A stretch of 32,000 bases of DNA. It comes from Zygophlyctis sp. KS116 (lineage: Eukaryota > Fungi > Chytridiomycota). Shown here piece after piece: positions 21,437 to 31,232 of the stretch (the first letter of the stretch is position 1; every line of letters begins with the position of its first letter). The stretch is from contig BAAFSQ010000047.1 in the NCBI GenBank assembly GCA_054661495.1, positions 1 to 32,000 of the forward strand, in the 5' to 3' direction. The notes under the pieces are model-generated. The model made no database searches, was not told where the DNA came from, and saw only the letters and a list, made by a program, of their open reading frames with translations. The translations under genes were made by a program, and so were the position numbers.

Positions 21437-22321
21437 ATGTTGCCCTGCATTATTGTTTTCTTGTTATTAAATCTAGTCGCTATATTTGCAGCACCGCTGC
21501 CTTATCATATTAATCAAATGCATACTTTGCCCTTTCATGGGACGCTGGGGACTGGAATATATTTCAGGACTCCTCGTCAGTTAATCTCTGAAAAGCTGCA
21601 AAGGGAATCATGGCATCATGATGCAAAGGGAAATGGATTTCAAGCAATTAAAAACGTTCTCGATATTCCCAAGAAAGATCGATACAAGTACATGTCACAT
21701 TTGTTAAATAATCCAACTGTAGATTTATCGGCTAATGATCATCAGTTTGCAAAGACATTGGTTCAAGATGGGGATGTTCATAGTCTAAGTATAATCGCCG
21801 CAAATAATCCAAAATATGATTTGAGCTTTAATGATAATCAATTATTGAAACTTGCATCTTCTAGTCAAAAATCTGATATCGTTCAGTTATTGTTGCATGA
21901 TCAAATGGTTACAAAATTATTAAATCCGGATATCACTTCCGAAATAGATGATGAATTAGAAAGTCTTGGGTTTTCTAAAACTCTTAAATCAGACTCTGAA
22001 ATTACAGCACTCACTCAAACCACGGATAATAGTTCACTTCAGTCGGAAGTTCAAACAATAGAAGAAAATAATGACGAAAATTTAATAGATATATTATCAA
22101 GTCATGATGGTGAAACTTTAGAGGATGTCGATGATATATCAGATATTGGATCTATAAAAATATCTCTTGGTCTCTCTGAAAATGAAATCAAATCTGATCA
22201 AGATGAATATCATTTAGTCGATCATGATGAGGATTGGGAGTATCTTGGTTCAGATGATGATGATGATCAGAGTATTGGAACTAAAGAGCTCATTAGTTTA
22301 CTATCATTGATGAAGGGATAA
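21437..22321 (+). CDS. Orphan secreted protein C (294 aa): ankyrin-like domain paralogous to A plus an acidic tail with AIM/LIR-like motifs
   Basis: Intronless ORF; MLPCIIVFLLLNLVAIFA-AP signal; NPTVDLSANDHQFAK and NPKYDLSFNDNQLLKLASSSQKSDIVQLLLHD; tail DEYHLVDHDEDWEYLGSDDDD. Confidence 0.82.
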   Translation: MLPCIIVFLLLNLVAIFAAPLPYHINQMHTLPFHGTLGTGIYFRTPRQLISEKLQRESWHHDAKGNGFQAIKNVLDIPKKDRYKYMSHLLNNPTVDLSANDHQFAKTLVQDGDVHSLSIIAANNPKYDLSFNDNQLLKLASSSQKSDIVQLLLHDQMVTKLLNPDITSEIDDELESLGFSKTLKSDSEITALTQTTDNSSLQSEVQTIEENNDENLIDILSSHDGETLEDVDDISDIGSIKISLGLSENEIKSDQDEYHLVDHDEDWEYLGSDDDDDQSIGTKELISLLSLMKG

Positions 22322-22350
22322 AGAGCATGTGAATTTAATGGTAGTTCTTT

Positions 22351-22902
22351 TCAAGATTTTATAAAGTTAGATCTTCGATTGTTTAGTCTTTTTAGAAGGA
22401 TTCTGATTGAGATTTTATCCTGTTTTGTGATTGCTGAAAAATCCAAATGTTTCAATTTTGGTAAACGAGACAGGATATAAAATCTATAATTTGGTTCCTC
22501 AACTACAGGATTTCCATGAAGAGTCAGGTTCCTTAATTCCTTCAGGTTTGATAATTTGTCTAATTCGGACAAATTATCGATCTTGTTACCATGAAGATAT
22601 AAGACTCTTAGATTTGGATAAGATTGGATTATTTCATCTAGAGATTTCAACTTATTGAAACTTAGATCAATCCAAAGTACTTGATCTGAAGGGACAAGTA
22701 TCCTGCTAAACGTATCTGTTAGTCCTTTTAGATTTGTTAAATGATTGTTTGATAATCGGACGGATGAAGCTGGTAAAGAATCTTTAATGTGAAAGTTTAG
22801 TAGATCTGGGATTGTTGTAATCTCATGGAAGCTGAAATCTAATGTCGCAGATGATGCTCCTTTTGTCTGGACGCATTCATCAATCTTTGGACTATTTATC
22901 AT
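22351..22902 (-). CDS. LRRC51: Leucine-rich repeat protein, LRRC51-like
   Basis: LDFSF, VRLSNNHL, WIDLSFNKL, LRVLYLHGNKI, LRNLTLHGNPV..NYRFYIL..LPKLKHLDFSAITKQD (SDS22-like LRRs with LRR cap). Confidence 0.8.
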   Translation of the reverse strand: MINSPKIDECVQTKGASSATLDFSFHEITTIPDLLNFHIKDSLPASSVRLSNNHLTNLKGLTDTFSRILVPSDQVLWIDLSFNKLKSLDEIIQSYPNLRVLYLHGNKIDNLSELDKLSNLKELRNLTLHGNPVVEEPNYRFYILSRLPKLKHLDFSAITKQDKISIRILLKRLNNRRSNFIKS

Positions 22903-23587
22903 TCAGGAATCAGTTTACGTCAGTCACATCTTTGAACGTATTCATTCAGTTAGGTCATGTCGAAATCTAAATGCACATGATTTTTATCTATTTAGATTTA
23001 TTTTTCTATTAAAATGGCCAAAAATGACATTGCTTGGCCAAAAAAGACATTTCTGCATCCCTATTTATAAACTGGAACAATTGGAGATGTTCTGCAAGGC
23101 TTGGAAATAGTGGTGGAGCATATTTTTCAAAATAGTTGCCAACATCAAGTATTTTGGAACGAATATTAATGTTTTTATCAGTGGGATTGTTGCACTTGCC
23201 ATTGTAACCTGTATTTTACAGGGAGCGGGATAAGAGACACCTCCATATCCTGTCGCCATTGAATAATTTATAGCGTACAAAATAACTTTTGTTGGTTTCA
23301 ACTAAAATAGATTTTACAGGATCAAGATAACTCGTTAAAGGCAGGAGTCAAATGGTTAGCAGAGGAGGTGCACCATGTTTATCAGATTGTCCGAAATTCC
23401 CCCAAAGCGCAATATATTGAACTGGGAAAAAATTAGCCATACTTTAACTGTCGGTAGTAAAAACAATAGAGCCACAAGTAAAAGATTTAAATAAGTACAC
23501 ACCTGACTGATCTTGGTGACGTAATCAACGCCACGATCGATCCACCCTCATTGTTAAAAAAAAGTATCAGTTCTGTCTGATTGATTT

Positions 23588-24949
23588 ATGAAAGAGGTTT
23601 TACCATTATTCAAACCAGCAGATGAAGAATCTAAAATTCTCTTAAAGCCAATTACTCGAACTGCCTCTTTTTTTACAGAAACAGAAGCTCCAAATATTGA
23701 AATTGCTTCTCCGGTTAATGAAATTTCAGTCAAGGCAATCATAGAAAAACAAATTGCACCGGCTCTGATTGACGGGGATTTATCAGCCCAAGATGCATTC
23801 TTTGTAGCCGATTTAGGAGAAATTTCAAGACAGCACAATCAATTTAGATCTCTTTTACCTAGAGTTGAGCCATTTTATGCGGTAAAATGTAATCCTGATA
23901 AGAAAGTCATGAAGAGATTGGCTCGGCTAGGCGCAAACTTTGATTGTGCTAGTCAGGCCGAGATTCAAATGGTACTCGATCTTGGAGTTGATCCTTCCCG
24001 AATTATTTATGCTAACCCGTGTAAACAAGCATCTCATTTAAAATTTGCCTATGAAAACAGTGTCACAATGATGACATTTGATAATGTGGATGAGCTATTA
24101 AAGATTAAACAGTATGCTCCTTCTTCTCAATTGGTGATTCGTCTTCTTCCTGATGATTCAAAGTCTATCTGCAAGTTAGGAGCAAAGTTTGGAGCTTCTC
24201 AAAAGGCTGTTACTGTTCTTTTGGAATCTGCTGCAGCACTTGAAATGAATGTTATTGGTGTTAGTTTTCACGTAGGATCAGGATGTTTTGATGCCCAAGC
24301 TTATGGAGATGCAGTTGCCTTGGCTGCTAGAGTATTTGAATTAGCAAAAGGATATGGCTTTAACTTTTCATTACTAGATATCGGAGGAGGATTTCCTGGT
24401 CGGAATGCTGCTGGAATTCAATTCTCAGAGATTGCGCAAGTTTTACGGATTGCGCTTGAAAGCCACTTTCCATCATCAAAAGAAATACGAATCATTGCTG
24501 AACCTGGGCGCTACTATGTTTCTTCAGCATTTACTCTTATTACAAATGTTACTTCTAGAAGAACAGTACATTTGGAGAATGATGAATCCCTTTACATGTG
24601 TATGTTTTTTAATAATGATTTCCTAGACTACATCAATGATGGAATGTATGGATCGTTCAATTGTATAACTTTTGATCATGCCTCTGTTACACCAATTCCC
24701 TGTACTATAGGCGGTACATGGGCATATGGTCAGAACACCGAGCAAATATTGACAAAGTGTTCTATTTGGGGTCCCACTTGTGATTCAATTGATTGTATTG
24801 GAAAAGATGTTTTACTACCAACTTTATCAGTTGGTGATTTCATCTATTTCAATAACATGGGAGCCTACACATCGTGTGCAGCATCTGTTTTCAATGGTTT
24901 TAAAAAGACTCAGGTGATATATACTGACACAGAATTGAATGCAAAATAA
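23588..24949 (+). CDS. SPE1: Ornithine decarboxylase, catalytic residues intact; in-frame 27-nt intron 24600-24626
   Basis: PFYAVKCN (PLP lysine), FDCAS, IIYANPCK, FHVGSG, DIGGGF, EPGRYY, YYINDGMYGSFNC after splicing, WGPTCDS, MGAYT. Confidence 0.97.
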   Translation: MKEVLPLFKPADEESKILLKPITRTASFFTETEAPNIEIASPVNEISVKAIIEKQIAPALIDGDLSAQDAFFVADLGEISRQHNQFRSLLPRVEPFYAVKCNPDKKVMKRLARLGANFDCASQAEIQMVLDLGVDPSRIIYANPCKQASHLKFAYENSVTMMTFDNVDELLKIKQYAPSSQLVIRLLPDDSKSICKLGAKFGASQKAVTVLLESAAALEMNVIGVSFHVGSGCFDAQAYGDAVALAARVFELAKGYGFNFSLLDIGGGFPGRNAAGIQFSEIAQVLRIALESHFPSSKEIRIIAEPGRYYVSSAFTLITNVTSRRTVHLENDESLYMCMFFNNDFLDYINDGMYGSFNCITFDHASVTPIPCTIGGTWAYGQNTEQILTKCSIWGPTCDSIDCIGKDVLLPTLSVGDFIYFNNMGAYTSCAASVFNGFKKTQVIYTDTELNAK

Positions 24950-24984
24950 ACGAGTGATTGAATGCAAAATAAACGAGTGATTGA
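24934..24984. repeat. Perfect 23-bp tandem duplication spanning the ODC stop codon and AATAAA
   Basis: attgaatgcaaaataaacgagtg at 24934 and 24957, followed by attga. Confidence 0.95.
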
Positions 24985-25031
24985 TTCATTGATTAAAACT
25001 GAAACTTTGACAATTTGCGCGTATTGAGAAA

Positions 25032-28000
25032 ATGCACGAAAGTGACAATAGTTCATCTTCTGTAAGAGATTCCATCTAACCAGCCAGGAGTCCAGCTCTC
25101 AAGAAACCAAAAAGGAAAAGAATGTTAAGAGAGTAAGTAGGAGTTAGTAACCTTAGAATGCTCGTCTGACTAAAGACGCAGAGAATTTAAAATTAAAAAA
25201 AGTAATTTTTACTGCAGTAAAACTCTAGGCTCAAGATGCTCAAAAACGTTATGCTCATTTACTGGGGCAAACTGATATTTTTGGTATTGTATCAGAAATT
25301 AATCAATTAGCACATTTTATTAACATGAACAATATAAAAGGGTCAAATCTGACTGCACTTAATGCAGCTAAATTAGATCCAACCAAGGGGTAAAAATACT
25401 TTTGTAAAAGTTAGGTCTAAAAGGCGCCGAAAGACTGAAAAAGAAGAGGATGAAGAATTATTGCAAACAGAAAATGTTGAAGAGGAAGATACTCCATTGA
25501 TCACTGAAACTCCTAGCTGTACGTTTCAAGAAGCTAAAAATAGATGTTTCTAATGGGACTATGCGAGATTATCAGATTCAAGGGTTGAATTGGTTAATAA
25601 GTTTATTCGAAAATGGAATAAATGGGATTTTAGCAGATGAAATGGTATCTTTTAGGAATTGAAAAATAGGGTCTTGGGAAGACGTTACAGTCTATTTCGT
25701 TTTTAGGATATTTAAAACATTTCAAAGATATGAATGGACCTCATTTAATCATTGTGCCAAAATCTACACTCCATAATTGGTGTAATGAATTTAAGAGATG
25801 GGTTCCTTCTCTAAACACCTTTATGTTTCATGGAAATAAAGAAGCAAGGGTATTTTTGAATCTTTTAAAAGATTAGAGTGTATTGGTTCAAGAGAAGCTA
25901 TCGACTGGGGATTTTGAAGTTTGTGTTACCTCTTATGAAATGTGTTTATTGGAAAAAACAGCTTTAAAGAGAATTTCATGGCAATATATAATGATTGATG
26001 AGGCACATCGTATAAAGAATGAAAATTCTTCCTTGTCGCAGATTGTTAGGACGTTTGAATGCCGAAATAGACTTTTGATAACAGGGACGCCCTTACAGAA
26101 TAATCTTCACGAGTTATGGGCATTGCTTAATTTCCTTTTGCCTGATGTTTTTAGTTCTCATGAAGATTTTGAACGTTGGTTTAATGAAGAGCAGGATGGA
26201 GAGGAAGGAAAAGTTGTTGAACAATTACATAAAGTATGATTTTTCAGGTTAATATAATAGGTCCTTCGTCCTTTTTTGTTGCGTAGAATCAAAGCTGATG
26301 TGGAAAAATCACTTCTCCCAAAGAAAAGAATAAATCTATACGTTGGATTAAGTGCTATGCAGCGTAAATGGTACCAGAAACTGTTGGAAAAAGATATTGA
26401 TGCAGTCAATGGGGCTATTGGAGGTAAAAAGGAAAGCAAGACTAGATTGCAAAATATAGTTATGCAACTCCGAAAATGCTGCAATCATCCGTATCTCTTT
26501 GATGGAGCGGAACCAGGGCCGCCATATACGACAGATGAACATTTAGTAGATAATGCCGGAAAGATGGTCATCTTGGATAAGCTTTTGATAAGGTTAAGAG
26601 CACAAGATTCTCGTGTTCTTTTATTCAGTCAAATGTCTCGTATGTTAGATATTTTGGAAGATTATTGCGTTTTTAGGGGTTATGATTATTGCAGAATAGA
26701 TGGAAGTACAGCGCACGAAGACAGAGTTGCTAATATTGATAATTTTAATTCTCCTGACAGCAAGAAGTTTATTTTTCTTCTAACAACTCGTGCTGGTGGT
26801 TTAGGAATCAATTTAGCCACGGCCGATACTGTAGTAATGTACGATAATGACTGGAATCCACAAGTTGATCTTCAAGCTGAAGATCGAGCTCATCGAATTG
26901 GACAGAAAAAGCAAGTGGTTATTTTTCGATTTATAACAGAAAATGCGATTGAAGAAAAAGTTATTGATCGAGCATCCCAAAAGTTACAGTTGGATAAGCT
27001 TGTTATACAGCAGGGCCGCTCTAATAGCCATTCTGCGAAAGCTGCCGGTAAAGATGACCTCGTTTCTATGATTCAATACGGAGCAGAAAATATATTCAAA
27101 TCTGCTGATAGCACTATATCTAACGATGATATAGAAGAGATTTTGAGAAAATCCGAGCAAAAGACCGTAGAACTTGAAAGTAAGTATAAGTCTATGGGTT
27201 TCGAGGACCTGCAAAAATTGACGGTATCGGATGGATCAGGCTATTCTGCTTACAATTGGGAAGGGGATGATTTTAGAGTAGGTTAATATCTTTTGACATG
27301 ATTAGAAAAAATCAGGAATTGGAATGAATTGGATTGGGCCTTCGAAACGAGAGCGAAAAGGTATGATTTAAAATAAACTTAATGTAAAAGAAAATGGGTA
27401 CGGACTTCAAGGTGGCGTCTCGAGAGCGTCCAAAGAAAAAGTTCCTAGGCTACCCAAATATGTAAATACGTAAGATATAATTGTTTTGAATCTTTAGCCA
27501 AGATTTCCAATTCTGGTCTCCGAGGTTCATTGATTTGCAGGAAAGAGAAAAATATGCACATTGGGTATTTTGATTAGTATTTAACGATACAGAAAGAAGT
27601 TGGGTATCGCCCTGCAAGATTAGATGATAGTCTTGATGAGGAGGAAGAAACGGAGATCCAGGTAGAAAATGAAAAAATTGATAATGGTAAGTTTCCGACA
27701 AATTCTAAATTTAGCAATTCCATTAACTGATGCAGAAATGCAAGAGAAAGAAGTTCTTTCAAGTAGTGGCTTTTCTTCATGGACTAAGCGTGACTTTGTA
27801 TCATTCTGTAAAGCTTGTGAAAAATATGGTCGAGAAAGTATAGATTCAATAGCCTCGGAGATTGAAGGAAAAACGTTAGATGAGGTGAAAGCTTACTCTG
27901 CAGTATTTTGGGAAAGATATCGTGAAATCAATGGTAATTTTTTTTACCTGAAGTTTAGAATATGAAAAAATTATTTCCAGTATTGAAAAGGGCGAAGTCA

Positions 28001-28446
28001 AGCTGAGGCGTGTTCAAGATGTACAAGAGATTCTAACTTCAAAAATATCAAAGCTTAGGTTACCGCTACAGCAGCTAAAAATACCTTACAATCAGAGTAA
28101 AGGAAAGAATTTTACTGAGGAGGAAGATAGATTTTTGGTAATTAATCTATAAAGTAATTTTCAGCTCGTCATGCTTGAAAAGTTTGGATATGGTAGTGAA
28201 GATGTTTATGAAAAAATTCGATACGAAATCCGTCGTGCTCCACTTTTCCGCTTCGATTGGTTTATAAAATCCAGAACGACTGTGGTAATAATCTTAGACT
28301 ATTTTCTAACTAATTAGGAAATAATGCGTCGCTGTGGAACTCTTATAACCATGATCTCCAAGGAACCTATCGATGCGGATGCTGAGGACCGTAAAAGAAA
28401 AAAGGATGAGTCAGCTACCAATGGGATGAAAAAAGTAAAGAAATAA
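25032..28446 (+). CDS. ISWI-family chromatin-remodelling ATPase (Isw2/SMARCA5-like), about 17 micro-introns
   Basis: GILADEM|[82 protein letters not shown] region FTEEEDRFL and [13 protein letters not shown]. Confidence 0.97.
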
Positions 28447-28456
28447 AATATATTAT

Positions 28457-29368
28457 CTAGGAGAGATTAGAAGCTTCCATTTGAGCCTGAGCAGCAATAG
28501 ATTTCTGTATTTCTACTCTTGCTAAATCTGTCTGTTTATAATCCAGAGAGGCATCATACGCATAATTAATAATTGCCTCATCAATCAGCACAGAATTTTG
28601 GCTTAATGCATTAATGCAAACATATACTCTTGCAATTTTCTCTCTTGTCTCTTTATCAATATCTTCATTTTGATCTGAATAAAGTGTATCAGGATCATCA
28701 ATCATTTCTTGAGTCATTGATATATGTTTACTAATCCAAATATATCCATTTAGTCCAAGAATTACATCTACACCTATTGGCAAGGAAAGAAAATGTGACT
28801 TTGATCTTTTAATTAGTGAACATGGAACAATAATAAGACATCCATTTCTAAGTTTTCCATATTTAAAATTTCTTGTATGTATTGATGGAGCTCCATCAGC
28901 AAATAATGCCTGAATTTCAGCACTTACTAGATCCCCAACATCAAAAAATGATTTCATGGCAGCTTCATCCGACTCAGACTTCCTCCTTTGAATTCCACCA
29001 GGCAAATTAACAGATGATAAAAGAAGAATACCATCATTGGTCGCATGCAAATCAACTTTCCATCTTTTACTTCCCAGTTCAGTGATCCTACCGACAACAA
29101 CATCTCCGATTTCACCAGAATATCTAGCCTTTGTAGGCTTTACTGACATTAGCTTATTAACTCTAGTTAGTTTTCCAGCAACTGAAGATATCAACTGATC
29201 GCCGTCTAAAAAAGTACCATGCCCTCTTTCATCAAAAATGACTATTTACCTCATGAATGCAGTGTCCTGAGTAATGATCTGACCAGGCGTTGCAATTGAA
29301 TTATCAACCACTTGCCGGACCTCTTCTCTAGGAGCAAAAAAAGATGATTGGAAAGAGTCAAAATGCAT
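28457..29368 (-). CDS. RRP4: Exosome cap subunit Rrp4/EXOSC2; intron about 29226-29249
   Basis: TPGQIIT..FMR|GHGT, RYSGEIGDVVVGRI, LSSVNLPGGIQRRKS, KYGKLRNG, ILGLNGYIW. Confidence 0.96.
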
Positions 29369-29424
29369 TTGTGCAAGGGTCGAGAGTTGCTATCGGGAGA
29401 TTTTTAGCCGGCGGAAACTTTCAA

Positions 29425-31232
29425 ATGATGCGATTGAAGCCGATTAGACAAATTAGATGGCAAAGATTCTTTTCAGATCATAGAGTAGTCAAGAGCAGAT
29501 ATCCAAACGAATGGAAAAATCAAATGTGGATTTTAGGCTCGGCGCTTATTTGGATTCCTGTTGTATTTTAATTATTGTGCTAATTCAAGGTTTGGTCATT
29601 GACTAAAAATCGAGTGTCAGAGACAACTTCTGAACCAAGAGATACTCATTATCCTCACGCCGCTAATGCGGATAATGAGGAGCCATCAGACAAAGATCAG
29701 CAATCGCCTGCAAATGATGATCAGTCCGATGCTGTAAGTGATGGTAAATTTAAAAGCGGAATGGAAATTTCTGGAGAAATACCTTTTGTCAAGTATGTTT
29801 TAATTGGAGGAGGTATGGCTTCCTATTATGCAATGAAGACTATAAAGAAAATGGAAAATGATGCTCAGATTTTAATGATTGGGCAAGAGTCAAGTGTTCC
29901 TTATTCTAGACCTCCATTATCAAAAGAGTTGTGGGACTCTTCTTATGACGAGCTTGAAAACTGGACGTTTAAAGATTATAACGGAGATAGGAAAACTGTT
30001 TTTTATGATACAAAGACTTTTATCACTGTAAATCAAGCTCTTGAATTTCCAAATACGGATAAAGTTTACTTTTTGAATGGATCAGTGTCTTCTATTGATA
30101 CTGCAGAGGAATCAGTTATTTTAAGTAATGGTGCAAAAGTTAAGTATGGGAAATTATTGATTGCTACTGGAGGATCGCCTAAAATACTTCCGATTGTCAA
30201 AGAATTACCAAAAGAAACTCAGAGTCGTGTGATGACATTTAGAGGCGTAAATCTTGTATAATTTTAAAAATCATAGCTTGAAGATTTCAAAAAGTTGTAT
30301 CAACTGCAGGATGCAGGTAATAAGACTATTGCTATAGTCGGAGGCGGATTTTTGGGTAGTGAACTAGCTGTTGCATTGGCTAAAAAAGGTATTCAATTAG
30401 AATTAACAGCAGCAAAAACTAATGGAAATAAGATTATTCAGGTTTTTCCGGAAGATGGTAATATGGCTCTTGTATTTCCTAGTAATACCTTTTATCACTC
30501 ACTTTAGAATATTTAACCAAGTGGACCACAGAAAGGATTAGAGAGGAAGGTGTTGTTATTAAACCAGGGATCAATATAAGATCAATGGCTGGAGTAGATG
30601 ATAAAGTTGTATTGAATTTTAAGAATGGGGAAAGCTTAAAAGCTGATTATGTATTGATGGCAGTAGGATTAGCTCCAAATACAGATTTTGCTAGAAAGTC
30701 TGGGCTTGGTATTTCCTTATTTTAATTAATGATAAAAGAACTGGATGAAAAAAGAGGGGGGGTGATTGTTAATGCAGAATTAGAAGCACGTAGGAATATT
30801 TTTGGCGCTGGTGATTGTATATCATATCATGATATTGCTTTAGGCCGGCGTAGAGTAGAGCATTATGATCATGCAGCAAATAGTGGAATAATTGCTGGAC
30901 TCAATATGACTGGGGCTAGAACTCCTTATACTCATCAAAGTATGTTTTGGTCTGATTTAGGCCCATCAATTGCATTTGAGGCAGTCGGAGTAATTGATTC
31001 TCAACTACGTACTGTGGGAATATGGGACAAGGATAAAAACCACCCACGTACTCAAGAAGAAGGCGATATTTATCATAAAGGAATGGTTTATTACCTGGAC
31101 AAGGACAATAAATTAGTTGGTGTGTTACTATTCAATAATTTTGGTAAATTAGAAGAAGCAAAAGCACTCTTAAAAAGTGGGGCCACCTATTCTGTTGCAT
31201 CTAGTCTATCTTCGGTGATTTCATTAGCTTAA
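29425..31232 (+). CDS. Mitochondrial apoptosis-inducing factor, AIFM1/PDCD8-type flavoprotein, about 5 introns
   Basis: Arg-rich presequence and a TM segment; YVLIGGG, PYSRPPLSKELW, LIATGGSP, GGGFLGSELA, GRRRVEHYDHA, PYTHQSMFWSDLGP. Confidence 0.92.

Noticed and set aside
23009-23440. Ornithine decarboxylase antizyme (+1 frameshift) next to ODC
   Set aside because: The 30-codon minus-strand ORF ends ATT-TGA, but the +1 frame stops after four codons and no antizyme C-terminal motifs are visible.
29344-29424. AIF starting at ATG 29344 and overlapping RRP4 head-to-head
   Set aside because: ATG 29425 begins a typical Arg-rich mitochondrial presequence and avoids the overlap; the upstream start is unsupported.
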